A stretch of 64,000 bases of DNA from an uncultured Spirochaetota bacterium (GTDB lineage: Bacteria; Spirochaetota; Brevinematia; Brevinematales; JAOACQ01): the NCBI GenBank assembly GCA_963835575.1, contig CAWIGG010000002.1, positions 1,536,001 through 1,600,000 of the forward strand, read 5' to 3'. The notes below the pieces were generated by a model. It ran no database searches, was not told where the DNA came from, and saw only the letters and a program-made list of their open reading frames with translations. The position numbers and the translations under genes were made by a program. Shown here in pieces: positions 20,275 through 29,908 of this stretch (position 1 is its first letter; each line of letters begins with the position of its first letter).

Positions 20275-20910
20275 ATGAGCGTCCTGAACAAACTGGCCTG
20301 TGCTCTCGGACACAGGGACGAAGTCCCCAACCAGGAGCTGGCAAAAGAGCTTGTTTTAAAAAATGATTGGACCGGGATAAAAGAAATTGTCGATAATCTC
20401 TGGAATAAAGATAAGAATATCGCCAACGACTGCATCAAAACGCTTTATGAGGCCGGTTCTGTCAAGCCTGAATTTATCGAGGATTTTGCCGAAGATATAG
20501 CCCGGCTTTTAAAGGAAAATTTAAGCGGCTCGAATAACCGCATGGTCTGGGGCGCGATGATCACACTGGCTGTCATCGCCGGACGGAAAGCGGATGTGAT
20601 CATGGAGCATTTCGAGCTTATAAAAAAGGCGATAGAATCCGGTTCTGTCATCACTATCGATAACGGGATCAAAGCTCTTTCACAAGCGGCGGCGGCCGGT
20701 CCGGAATATAATAAAAAGATTTTTCCTTATTTAACCGGACTTCTTAAAACCTGCCGCCCTAAGAGCGTCGCACAATATTCCGAAAGCATTTTTACTGCGG
20801 TCAATCAGAATAATAAGAATGACCTCGTAATGGTTTTAAAAGACAGAATGGGAATTTTGACGCCTTCTCAGAAGGCAAGGGTCCAAAAGCTCCTGAAAAA
20901 GATCGGTTGA
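20275..20910 (+). CDS. Conserved alpha-helical (HEAT-like) hypothetical protein
   Basis: RDEVPNQELA, DCIKTLYE, NNRMVWGAMI, GSVITIDNG; GGAG RBS. Confidence 0.6.
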   Translation: MSVLNKLACALGHRDEVPNQELAKELVLKNDWTGIKEIVDNLWNKDKNIANDCIKTLYEAGSVKPEFIEDFAEDIARLLKENLSGSNNRMVWGAMITLAVIAGRKADVIMEHFELIKKAIESGSVITIDNGIKALSQAAAAGPEYNKKIFPYLTGLLKTCRPKSVAQYSESIFTAVNQNNKNDLVMVLKDRMGILTPSQKARVQKLLKKIG

Positions 20911-20922
20911 GGAATTTAATAA

Positions 20923-21017
20923 TCCGCTAATTCACGCGAATGGACGCGAATTTGAAGTCTGGAAACAGTATTTTAAAAAATATTATTCATTAGCGTGACT
21001 TCGCGTGGCTTAGCGGA
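20923..21017. repeat. Repeat family B copy 2
   Basis: TCCGCTAAT-TCACGCGAAT-GGACGCGAAT ... ATTAGCGTG-ACTTCGCGTG-GCTTAGCGGA. Confidence 0.7.
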
Positions 21018-21083
21018 AGACCCATTTGTTGAATTTTCAAATTAATATTCTTATTATTATATAAAATGCTCAAAGAAGGTTTT

Positions 21084-21425
21084 ATGAAGTTCCCATTAGT
21101 ATTTTTTATCCTTGTCGTTACCACCTCCTGCGCTGATTTCAAGAAAAGCCTGGACCTATCGGTTTTACAGGATATTTATCATCAATCGATGCAGCGAGAT
21201 TTCAATCCCGGTTCTCCCGGTGATTTATCCAATTATATTGCAGGCTTTAATATCTTGTCCGAAACGAACATATTCGATTTATCATCAATAAAAACAACAA
21301 ATCTCGACAGACGGCGTCTGGATAGTCCCGACAAACAAAAGCTCATAATGAAAAAAATCATTTTTCCTTCCTGTCTCAAAAAATCAAATCAAAAAACTCT
21401 TGGAAAAATGAAAAAAAAGTGCTAA
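21084..21425 (+). pseudogene. Truncated lipoprotein-like paralog of the downstream alpha/beta hydrolase N-terminus
   Basis: Lipobox-like VTTSC; MQRDFNPGSPGD and KKIIFPSCLKKSN align with MQDDFNLSKPGE and QKLTFPSFFRKSN of the 21591 gene, then the frame degenerates. Confidence 0.6.
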
Positions 21426-21590
21426 AATTAAAATATACCGGAATGAAATATTAACAATTCTGTCAATATCAATAAATTTATGTTTTACCTTGAGTGCCTT
21501 TTCAAGGCCTGAAAAACCCGAATAGTTTTTTGAGAATGTTTTTTGTCTATTCCAAAATTTATTTTTTAAGGAAGAGAAGGAAAGGAGTCT

Positions 21591-22628
21591 ATGCTTAACG
21601 GTAATATTAGTATTATTATGCTGCTGAAATTAATTCTCTCAGGCCGTTTTAATCTGAAAGCCGAACTGGACAAGGCGGGACTTTCGGCCATCACACAGAT
21701 GATGCAGGATGATTTCAATCTGAGCAAACCCGGTGAATTTCTCAATTTCATGCAGAATATCAGAAGTTTTCATCCGGCCACACCTCCGGATTTTTCACAA
21801 TTCCATTTTGAAGAGCTCCGGCACTGGAAACTGGCCCATCATCACCTGAATCAGCAAAAACTGACTTTTCCATCATTCTTCAGAAAATCGAACGATCCTG
21901 AGGACAGGGCGGTCTTTTACCTCTATTCAAAAGGAAGCCTAAAAGGAAAAAAAATGGTGCTGTGGATCCCGGGATTCACTGTCTCCGATTTTTTCTTCCC
22001 TTTTATAAAAAAATGGTTTAATATAGCCCTGGATCATGACTACAATGTCCTCTTTTATAATATCCCCTGCCATCTTGAGCGTATTCTCCGGGGAAAACAT
22101 AACGGCGAAGGCTTATTTACGGCCAGCGCGATAGGAAATATTGAAACCATTTACAATTCACTTCTGGAAATTAATTCAGCCCTGGCATATTTCAAAAAGC
22201 AGGGAGTTGCCTCATTCAGCGGGTGGGGCTGTTCAGTCGGCGGTACTCTGCTCCTCCTCGCATCCACTTATGAGATGTTCGATCACATGGCATTAACAAT
22301 CCCGATTGTCGACTGGAACACAATTCTCTTTAACCCTTATTTAAAAAAAGTCATCAAAGCGAACATCAAAACCGGTTATTCAAAAGGGATGATTGACTTT
22401 ACCTACAGTCTGATCAGCCCCATTCACTACCGGTCGCTGGTCGACCCGGCGCGTATTCAGCTGCTTTACGGTCAATACGATCAGTTGAGCCCGGAAAAAA
22501 CAATATTGAAATTCGCCAGATCCTGGAAAATCAAAAATGTCCATTCTTATCCTGACAGCCATGGTTCCATTGTTTTCAACAAAAACTTATTCCAGGATTA
22601 CTCCTGTTTTTTAGATACTTTAACTTGA
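21591..22628 (+). CDS. Alpha/beta hydrolase family protein
   Basis: GCSVG nucleophile elbow, YDQ and SH candidate Asp/His. Confidence 0.7.
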   Translation: MLNGNISIIMLLKLILSGRFNLKAELDKAGLSAITQMMQDDFNLSKPGEFLNFMQNIRSFHPATPPDFSQFHFEELRHWKLAHHHLNQQKLTFPSFFRKSNDPEDRAVFYLYSKGSLKGKKMVLWIPGFTVSDFFFPFIKKWFNIALDHDYNVLFYNIPCHLERILRGKHNGEGLFTASAIGNIETIYNSLLEINSALAYFKKQGVASFSGWGCSVGGTLLLLASTYEMFDHMALTIPIVDWNTILFNPYLKKVIKANIKTGYSKGMIDFTYSLISPIHYRSLVDPARIQLLYGQYDQLSPEKTILKFARSWKIKNVHSYPDSHGSIVFNKNLFQDYSCFLDTLT

Positions 22629-22646
22629 TATATTAACAATAGCTTT

Positions 22647-23768
22647 ATGATGAAATATTTTGAAAAGGATTTTAAATCCATCCTCAATGTCCGGAAGATG
22701 ATCGACGGCTGGTTCTGGGATAAGTACGGCATCAATCCCTATAACGGCTGTCAGTTCGGCTGCGTTTACTGCGACTCCCGGAGTCAGAAGTATTACCTGC
22801 CGCTGGATTTTGAAAATACCATTGTAATAAAAAAGAATATCGGAGAAATTCTTGACAGCCGCCTTAAGAATGCGCGGACTTTGCCTGCAGATGTAGTCGG
22901 AATCGGAGGAACAACTGACCCCTATCAGCCGGCTGAAACTCTATATAAAAACACGCTGATATGTCTTGAAATCCTCCTAAAATACGGCTACCCTGTCCAC
23001 ATCTGTACTAAATCACGTCTCGTCGCAAGAGATATGAACCTGCTGGAAGAAATAGGACGGAAAAGCTGGTGCACAGTTTCTTTTACCATCACTACTATGA
23101 ATTCTGATAAAGCGCGCTTTCTTGAACAAAACGCTCCTGGGCCGGAATTACGTCTGGAAGCCCTCAGTACACTGAAACAGAAAACTAGTCATGTCCAGGC
23201 CGGTATTTTGCTGATGCCTGCAGTGCCGGGCATTACCGATGATTACGGAGAAATGGAAGATCTGATAAAAAAGGCAAAAGATGCCGGGGCCGGTTATATT
23301 ATCTTCGGTGCAGGTTTAACATTAAGGGATCTGCAGGCGGGCTGGTACCTAAAACATTTAAATGGGGCCCGCCCGGAGCTTATACCGTTCTATGAAGAGC
23401 TTTATCATTTTCAATACAATGGGAATTTTTATTCCGGAAGCTATATGCCGGCGGCGTCTTATGCAATTAAAATATCAAATATCTTTTTTGAGTTATGCGG
23501 AAAACACAATATGCCCTGCCGGATCAAACGTTTCATTCCGGATGATTATAGAAAAGATAATTACCGCATCGCCGAAGGCCTTCTCAACCGTTCTTACTTC
23601 AAACAATCTGAAGGAGCTTCCTATTATAATGATTTCTGGGCCGGACAAAATATTCAAAACCTCAAGGAACCGATAAGGGATATCGCCGTAAGAAATGAAT
23701 TAAAAAAAATCCGGAGCGTGGATGATCAAATTGAGGCTTTGATAAAGAAAGAATTGAATTTAAAATAA
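22647..23768 (+). CDS. Radical SAM protein, spore-photoproduct-lyase-like family
   Basis: INPYNGCQFGCVYC, TDPYQPAE, TKS, PGITD. Confidence 0.85.
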   Translation: MMKYFEKDFKSILNVRKMIDGWFWDKYGINPYNGCQFGCVYCDSRSQKYYLPLDFENTIVIKKNIGEILDSRLKNARTLPADVVGIGGTTDPYQPAETLYKNTLICLEILLKYGYPVHICTKSRLVARDMNLLEEIGRKSWCTVSFTITTMNSDKARFLEQNAPGPELRLEALSTLKQKTSHVQAGILLMPAVPGITDDYGEMEDLIKKAKDAGAGYIIFGAGLTLRDLQAGWYLKHLNGARPELIPFYEELYHFQYNGNFYSGSYMPAASYAIKISNIFFELCGKHNMPCRIKRFIPDDYRKDNYRIAEGLLNRSYFKQSEGASYYNDFWAGQNIQNLKEPIRDIAVRNELKKIRSVDDQIEALIKKELNLK

Positions 23769-23816
23769 AACCTGACATCAATAATATTTTGGAACCTCGC
23801 TGTTATGCTGAATATT

Positions 23817-23951
23817 GCAGCCCCACACCATTTTGTGTGCTTCACCGGTGCGGCCGGCCTGACAAAATAGTGCGGAGCAGCGCTTTTTTATTATCTTGAA
23901 GATTTTTATTACCGGGGCGGAACCAAAAATTCATAGTTTTTGGTTCCGCCC
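23817..23951. repeat. Divergent relative of MITE family A (central hairpin plus terminal hairpin)
   Basis: Imperfect inverted repeat 23817-23836/23862-23881, then ACCG+GGGCGGAACCAAAAA-7 nt-TTTTTGGTTCCGCCC (23915-23951) followed by TTAA. Confidence 0.6.
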
Positions 23952-23973
23952 TTAAATAATTGCATCCCTCTTT

Positions 23974-24002
23974 TTGACATAACAGCCGTTTAATTATATT
24001 AT
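23974..24002 (+). promoter_or_regulatory. Putative sigma70 promoter of the comF-like gene
   Basis: TTGACA-17 nt-TATTAT. Confidence 0.55.
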
Positions 24003-24015
24003 TAATTCAGCATAC

Positions 24016-24750
24016 ATGACAGGCCTTGTTTTAAGGAATTTTATGCTGAGTAAAATCATGAGTTATCTTTTTCCGCAAAAATGCGTTTCATGCGGAAAAA
24101 CATGTGAAGGCGATTCGCATCATTATATCTGCCCTGAATGCTTTTCATCGCTTCACCCCCTCACAAAAATACCCGGGAAAAAATGCGGAACATGTTCCAC
24201 TTTTTTATATAATTCAATTAAAGACCTGTGTTATTCCTGTCTTCAGAACCGGTATTATTTTTCTCACAATACATCGCTTTTTTATTATAAGGAGCCGGTT
24301 ATCCGCGAACTGGTGCGCCGGATGAAATTCCTCAATAATAAAAAGGCCGCTTATGATCTGTCTCATCTGCTCAAGGATAATATCCGGGATTATCTTTTAA
24401 GGAACACTTATGATTTACACCTTGTGACGCCGCTTTCCAGGGAATCATTTAAAAAAAGAGGCTTCAATCAGGTTTCGATGATCCTCAATTTGTGCGATAT
24501 TCCTTTTACTGATATCCTTTACCGGAAAAGCCATGTAAAGCATCAGAGCGAATTATCCGCCGATGAAAGGAAAGAAAGCATAAAAAACCAGTTTCAGATT
24601 AATGAAAATGAAAAGTATATGATAAAAGACAAAAAAATCTTATTAATAGATGATATATTTACCACCGGCAGCACAGTTAATGAAGTCAGCCGGATTCTGA
24701 CATTAAACGGAGCTTCTTCTGTAGGAGTGCTGACTTTTTTCAAGGACTGA
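24016..24750 (+). CDS. comF: ComF-family protein (zinc ribbon plus PRTase); start may be 24043
   Basis: FPQKCVSC double zinc ribbon, RGFNQ, LIDDIFTTGST. Confidence 0.85.
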   Translation: MTGLVLRNFMLSKIMSYLFPQKCVSCGKTCEGDSHHYICPECFSSLHPLTKIPGKKCGTCSTFLYNSIKDLCYSCLQNRYYFSHNTSLFYYKEPVIRELVRRMKFLNNKKAAYDLSHLLKDNIRDYLLRNTYDLHLVTPLSRESFKKRGFNQVSMILNLCDIPFTDILYRKSHVKHQSELSADERKESIKNQFQINENEKYMIKDKKILLIDDIFTTGSTVNEVSRILTLNGASSVGVLTFFKD

Positions 24751-24757
24751 TTTTTAA

Positions 24758-24877
24758 GAGCAGTTCAAAAACCAACAAAATACATTGGAATTAAGAACAT
24801 ATTTTTCTCAAAGTACAATATTTTAGTCATTTCCAAAAACACCAGATTGATATTTATGGCAGTTTTTGGAAATGCCC
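24758..24877. mobile_element. Degenerate 120-bp MITE with family-A-like ends
   Basis: GAGCAGTTCAAAAAC ... GTTTTTGGAAATGCCC flanked by TTAA on both sides; different interior. Confidence 0.6.
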
Positions 24878-24937
24878 TTAATTAAAACTTAAATATTTCC
24901 GATATTTTCAAGGTATAGTATATGAGAGGTCGGCCGA

Positions 24938-27793
24938 ATGGCTAAATATAATAATATTCTGAAATACCTGGGAAAAGAAGATTCTTATTCTCCGGAACAG
25001 GTATTAAAAGGAATTAATTCCGCTGAAGTACAGGAAAATCTTGATAATCTGACTAATTTACCCCAGGAAAATATCGACAATATGGAAAACCTGATTAGAG
25101 GAAACATTTCCGGGCAAGTGCCGGCCGCCGAAGGATCAGGGACAGCCTCAATTATAGAAATAGACCCGGATGTTATAAAAGAAATAGAAAGCCTGGATAC
25201 TCAGCCGCCGAATATAGCCGAACTTCAGGCAAGGCTGCAGGTGCAAAACTATGAAGCAATGCCGGAAGCTGCCGGGCCTGTTGAAAGCGCTGAAACTGCG
25301 GAAACCGCACCAGTTATGGAAACGCCTGAAGGCGGCGAGGATCTATCTCCCATTATGGAGCCTCAATTCAGGGAAATGCCCTCATTTGAAGAACCGACCC
25401 TGCAGGAAGAAAAACCTGAAACGCCGATTGAAATTCAAAAGACTGAAGAAAGCGTTCTGCCGGATATCTCCGAAATGCTTAGGGATATTACTCCTTCAGA
25501 AAAAGCGCCGGCCGCGGCGGATGAAGAAATGCCGTCATTAAGCGAATTCTTTGAGCCGTCAGAAACAAAGGAAGCCCCAATTCCCGAATTTGAGATGCCC
25601 GAAATTAAACCGTCTGAAGAAATAAAGATTCCGGAAACACCCGCGGCGCCGCCTCCTTTCGAATTACCAGAAATTAAAACTGAAACAGCCCCGTCTGAAA
25701 GGCCCATTGAGATGCAGATTCCAGAAGAAAAAGCCGGGGCTATGCCTGTTATTGAAAATATTCCGGTTTCAGAAAAAAAGCCTTCCGAAGAGCCTAAGGG
25801 AAAAAGCGAATTGGATCATGATAAAGCGCTGAAGGTCAGGGAAAAAATCAACAAACTTTCGGATCATATTCTCAGAAGGAAAATAAGACAGATCATACTG
25901 GAATCGAAAATTCCCGCCGATGTCATCCAGCAGATCATTACTCTGCTCCTGAACAACGAAAATGAAGCGAAAATCCGGGCTATTGTCGATATGCATATGC
26001 CTGATGAAATAATCCGCGAAAAAGCCCCGAAAAAAGAAAGAGCCCCCGGAGCCGGAAGAAGAGTGATCTATACAGAGGAAACCAAACGGGTAAAGGAATT
26101 CCGTAGAGAATTCACGGGAGCCACCCGTTATATGCTGGCTTTCATTATTTTTATCGTTGCCTTAGTTATTTCAATATGGCAGCTGGTCTGGATTCCTTAT
26201 ACTGCCGGTATCCATTTTAAAAAAGGCATCACTTACTTTAAAATTCATAATTATAATGCCGTCGAGCTCGAATTTGAGGCGGGGAAAAGAATTGATGATT
26301 CCCGTATCGGCGGGCCCGATCTAAACTGGAATAGTGTTTACGCATCCAGATATATCGAGCAGAAGCTTTACGACGATGCCAGAAAGAAATTTGAAGACGC
26401 ATTGGCATATAACCCGTATCACAAAGAAACTATTTATAATTATGCCGATTTTTACAAGAATTATTACTATCCGCCGCGTTTTGACACCGCCATTAAATTA
26501 TACGGCGTTCTTACCAATAAATGGCCTGACAATTTTGAATATCTGGACAAAATCGGAACAACGGAAATCGAATGGGGGGACAGAAGCACAGATCCCAATG
26601 AGAAAGCCGCTCATTATGTGGATGCGAACAGTCTTTATGAAAACTATGTCCAGAAACCGAGCCATAAAAAGCATGTGGACAGCTATTACCGCCTTATGGA
26701 CATTGCGCTCCGTGTGACAAATAAAGATAGAATCGATATTCTTTATGACACAATTGACCATTATAACAAAACCGCGGTAAATACTCATTCTCTCACAGGT
26801 CTGGCCAGATATTATATCGATAACAGAAGGCTTGACAGGGCAAAGCTGGTTTTTGAAAAAATGATACCGACAAAGCCGCAATACGATGAAGCTTATTATG
26901 AGTATGCCCGCTTCCTGACCATCAATCTGGATTTTTACAGGGCAATTCAGGCCATCTCAAATTCCATTATTCTTAACAGCAGGAACGGTAAAGCATACAA
27001 TCTGCTCGGCGAGATTTATTATGTGACAGCCAGCATATCCAATACAAATGTTATCATCAATGCCATCAAGCAGTTTGAAAATTCCATTCAGTTCAGTCCG
27101 AATTATTATAAGCCCTTTGCCAATCTCGGCCATATATATTTCTATAACAAATTAAATTTTGACCGTCCGGAAGAAGCGCTTAAAAAAGCCTTTGATTATT
27201 ATAAAACCGCCCTGATACTTCTGGAAAAGGACAAAACCGATGAACTTCTTTCCTACAACATAGGCTGGCTGTATTATAAATACGGGGAATACACCAACGC
27301 TTATAATGAATTCGGTAAAATTTATGTTGATGATCCTCATAACCCGGTTTTATCTTACAACATAGGCAATATTTATTTTTATTGGAAAAATTACAGCTTT
27401 GCCCTTATAGAATTTGATAAAGCCATCGAATATTACCAGACTATAGCCGATAAAATCGGCTACATAAACCCGGAATTGGACAGGCATAAGGAAATCTATA
27501 CTCAGCTTGCCAGATGCTATAATAACCGCGGCGTGACTTATGCCATTATGGCAAAAAAATATAAGAATGAAGCGACGCAATTCGACCAGAATGCCCTGCT
27601 GGATTTTTACCGGGCCAAAGACAACGCGAATAAAATAAATTCCATCTATAACTTCGCGGAATACAACATCAAATTCATGATTAACAGAAGCATAAAAAAG
27701 AAAGTGCCCGCTCTTGACAATGAACTTGTCAAACGCACCACCCTGCAGAGGTTTATCGAAGAATTCAAGCAAAAAATGATCACGAACATCTGA
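24938..27793 (+). CDS. Single-pass membrane TPR protein with acidic Pro/Glu-rich N-terminus; FlcA-like periplasmic flagellar collar protein
   Basis: Acidic low-complexity N-terminus, one TM near aa 400-420, long TPR array; architecture matches spirochaete FlcA; TAAT-N15-TCCGATAT upstream (24879-24905). Confidence 0.6.
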   Translation: MAKYNNILKYLGKEDSYSPEQVLKGINSAEVQENLDNLTNLPQENIDNMENLIRGNISGQVPAAEGSGTASIIEIDPDVIKEIESLDTQPPNIAELQARLQVQNYEAMPEAAGPVESAETAETAPVMETPEGGEDLSPIMEPQFREMPSFEEPTLQEEKPETPIEIQKTEESVLPDISEMLRDITPSEKAPAAADEEMPSLSEFFEPSETKEAPIPEFEMPEIKPSEEIKIPETPAAPPPFELPEIKTETAPSERPIEMQIPEEKAGAMPVIENIPVSEKKPSEEPKGKSELDHDKALKVREKINKLSDHILRRKIRQIILESKIPADVIQQIITLLLNNENEAKIRAIVDMHMPDEIIREKAPKKERAPGAGRRVIYTEETKRVKEFRREFTGATRYMLAFIIFIVALVISIWQLVWIPYTAGIHFKKGITYFKIHNYNAVELEFEAGKRIDDSRIGGPDLNWNSVYASRYIEQKLYDDARKKFEDALAYNPYHKETIYNYADFYKNYYYPPRFDTAIKLYGVLTNKWPDNFEYLDKIGTTEIEWGDRSTDPNEKAAHYVDANSLYENYVQKPSHKKHVDSYYRLMDIALRVTNKDRIDILYDTIDHYNKTAVNTHSLTGLARYYIDNRRLDRAKLVFEKMIPTKPQYDEAYYEYARFLTINLDFYRAIQAISNSIILNSRNGKAYNLLGEIYYVTASISNTNVIINAIKQFENSIQFSPNYYKPFANLGHIYFYNKLNFDRPEEALKKAFDYYKTALILLEKDKTDELLSYNIGWLYYKYGEYTNAYNEFGKIYVDDPHNPVLSYNIGNIYFYWKNYSFALIEFDKAIEYYQTIADKIGYINPELDRHKEIYTQLARCYNNRGVTYAIMAKKYKNEATQFDQNALLDFYRAKDNANKINSIYNFAEYNIKFMINRSIKKKVPALDNELVKRTTLQRFIEEFKQKMITNI

Positions 27794-27801
27794 ATTGATC
27801 T

Positions 27802-28947
27802 ATGAATAAAATTGATAAAACATTATTTTATGATATTATTTTTCTTTTCCTCATAGGTATTATTTTTGTTTACAGTTCCAGTTATTATATCGCCCAGAAA
27901 TACACCCGGAATCCCTATTATTTTTCGGTCCGGCAGATTCTATGGTCTTCAGTATCATTCCTTTTTCTGCTCTTTTTTGCGCGTTTTGATTATCATAACT
28001 TAAAAAAATATGTCAAGCCGATGGTTTTTATTACCGTTATTCTTTTACTTATTGTATTTATCCCCGGAATAGGAAGGGAAAGCGGCGGCGCAAGGCGCTG
28101 GATTGACTTCAGACTTTTCTCTTTCAACCCGTCAGAACTGGCAAAATTGACCATTCTTATCTACCTGGCTTATATCCTGACAAAAAAGCAGTCAAAACTC
28201 GAAAACTTCACTTTCGGACTTTTACCGCCTTTACTTCTTGTTGCCGCAATTTTCTTCATCATTCTGATGCAGTCCAATTTCTCCACAGCGGCCCTGCTCC
28301 TGCTGGTCGCTTTTTTTGTTTTTTTTGCCGGGGGAGCGTCCCTCAGACATATATTTTCAATAATCATTATGAGCCTTCCCGTTCTTATTACCTTTATTAT
28401 TCAGGTTTCTTATAGAAAGATACGCATTCTTTCTTTTATAAATCCCTGGAGCGATATGACCGGAAACGGGTACCATATCATTCAATCATTAAAATGTTTC
28501 GCGGAAGGCGGACTTTTTGGCGTCGGACTGGGAAACAGCATTCAGAAGATGGGCAGGCTTCCGACCCCTCATACTGATTTTATCTTTTCAATTATTTCCG
28601 AGGAAACGGGGATTATCGGCGCGCTTCTTATCGGGCTTCTTTATCTCATATTTTTTATTAAAGGGACCCTGACAGCAAAAAAATGCCCGGATAAATTCGG
28701 CCAGCTCCTTGCCTATGGAATAACAATGCTGATTACCACTCACGCTTTCCTGAATATGGGCATAGCGGCCGGCATCTTTCCGCCTACCGGCGTTTCTCTT
28801 CCCTTCATCAGTTACGGAGGTTCTTCAATACTCATAATGGCCGTTTCCTGCGGGATTTTACTCAATATTGCCCGTCAGAACCCGGCCGTAACAAACCCTG
28901 TCCCTATCCGGAAGGAAATTGAAACGCTCATAGATGATAGTCTGTAA
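27802..28947 (+). CDS. ftsW: SEDS-family cell division protein FtsW
   Basis: YSSS, GARRWI, PSELAK, PHTDFIFS, TGVSLPFISYGGSS. Confidence 0.88.
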   Translation: MNKIDKTLFYDIIFLFLIGIIFVYSSSYYIAQKYTRNPYYFSVRQILWSSVSFLFLLFFARFDYHNLKKYVKPMVFITVILLLIVFIPGIGRESGGARRWIDFRLFSFNPSELAKLTILIYLAYILTKKQSKLENFTFGLLPPLLLVAAIFFIILMQSNFSTAALLLLVAFFVFFAGGASLRHIFSIIIMSLPVLITFIIQVSYRKIRILSFINPWSDMTGNGYHIIQSLKCFAEGGLFGVGLGNSIQKMGRLPTPHTDFIFSIISEETGIIGALLIGLLYLIFFIKGTLTAKKCPDKFGQLLAYGITMLITTHAFLNMGIAAGIFPPTGVSLPFISYGGSSILIMAVSCGILLNIARQNPAVTNPVPIRKEIETLIDDSL

Positions 28948-29249
28948 TTCAGTACATTTCTAAAAATCGGCAAAATTCTCGATAACAGAGAACATCTGTC
29001 ACTGATTTTTTAATATTTCATTCAGTTCCGAACTTTACAGCGGAATTTCCGAACCAAATAGATTTTTGGGCCTGCCTTTGAGATATTTTCATTTTTTTCT
29101 GTCTTGAGAAAAATAATGCCCGAAATTCGCGAATTTATGCTATATATTTATATATAAATAATAATATTTTAAATCTTTTACATTTTTTATAATTCTTTTA
29201 TAATAATAGAGGGAAAAAGGATTTTGTTTTTTCTTAGGAGGAGGGATTT

Positions 29250-29867
29250 ATGAAAATAGCGGATATTTTAACGGAAAAAACGGCTTTAGAGAACCTGGCT
29301 TATAAAAAGAAAGCGGCCCGGAACACGCTTATATCGGAAGACTCAAATCAAAATTCAAATCTCAAGGATATTTTTAATTCAGACAAGAAAATCTCTGCGG
29401 ATATAACTAAGATCAATCAGCTAGAAAAGAGCTATTTAAAAGACAATCTCAGCTTGAACGGGCTTTTTGAACTCCAGAATAAAGTCAATGCCTTTGAAAG
29501 CAGCGCCGGCATTTCTTCGCCGGATTATAATCAATTATCTCATGAACTGAGCGCGATTGTCAATTCCACAAAATATAACGGTGAGAACATCATCAGCTAC
29601 CTCAGCACGAATATTCAGGACAGGAAATCCCTGTATACCTTTAAATCCAATTTAGACGCTGAAATTACCAATACTCAAACCAAGCTGGCCGACGAAAGAA
29701 AGAACCTGGCGCAATACCTTGTTAAGCAGGAAAACCTTGAAGTGGCCCGTGATTTTTCTTCCGATAAAACTGTTCGGGACATAACACAGGCATTGAATAA
29801 GAACAACAGCCGTTCTCTCTTCAAAGAAATGTCTAATGTCAGTTCACTGCTTGGGTTGGAAAAATAA
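29250..29867 (+). CDS. Hypothetical helical protein, divergent flagellin-like
   Basis: Strong RBS; YNQLSHELSAIVNSTKYNGENII, QENLEVA and terminal VSSLLG resemble flagellin D0/D1 segments. Confidence 0.5.
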   Translation: MKIADILTEKTALENLAYKKKAARNTLISEDSNQNSNLKDIFNSDKKISADITKINQLEKSYLKDNLSLNGLFELQNKVNAFESSAGISSPDYNQLSHELSAIVNSTKYNGENIISYLSTNIQDRKSLYTFKSNLDAEITNTQTKLADERKNLAQYLVKQENLEVARDFSSDKTVRDITQALNKNNSRSLFKEMSNVSSLLGLEK

Positions 29868-29908
29868 AAGGGGTAAACTACACTCGAGCCTAATATAAGG
29901 GAGCTTTT

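Noticed and set aside
21374..21535. TCTCAAAAAA / TTTTTTGAGA inverted pair as an inserted element
   Set aside because: Only 10 bp and A-rich, no clear TSD, and the left arm lies in sequence that aligns with the paralog's coding region
15212..23768. Accessory gene run as an integron cassette array
   Set aside because: No integrase and no attC-like RYYYAAC...GTTRRRY sites seen between the genes
28959..28985. Sigma28 promoter for the flagellin-like gene
   Set aside because: CTCGATAA is present but the -35 spacing is off and it lies about 265 bp from the start
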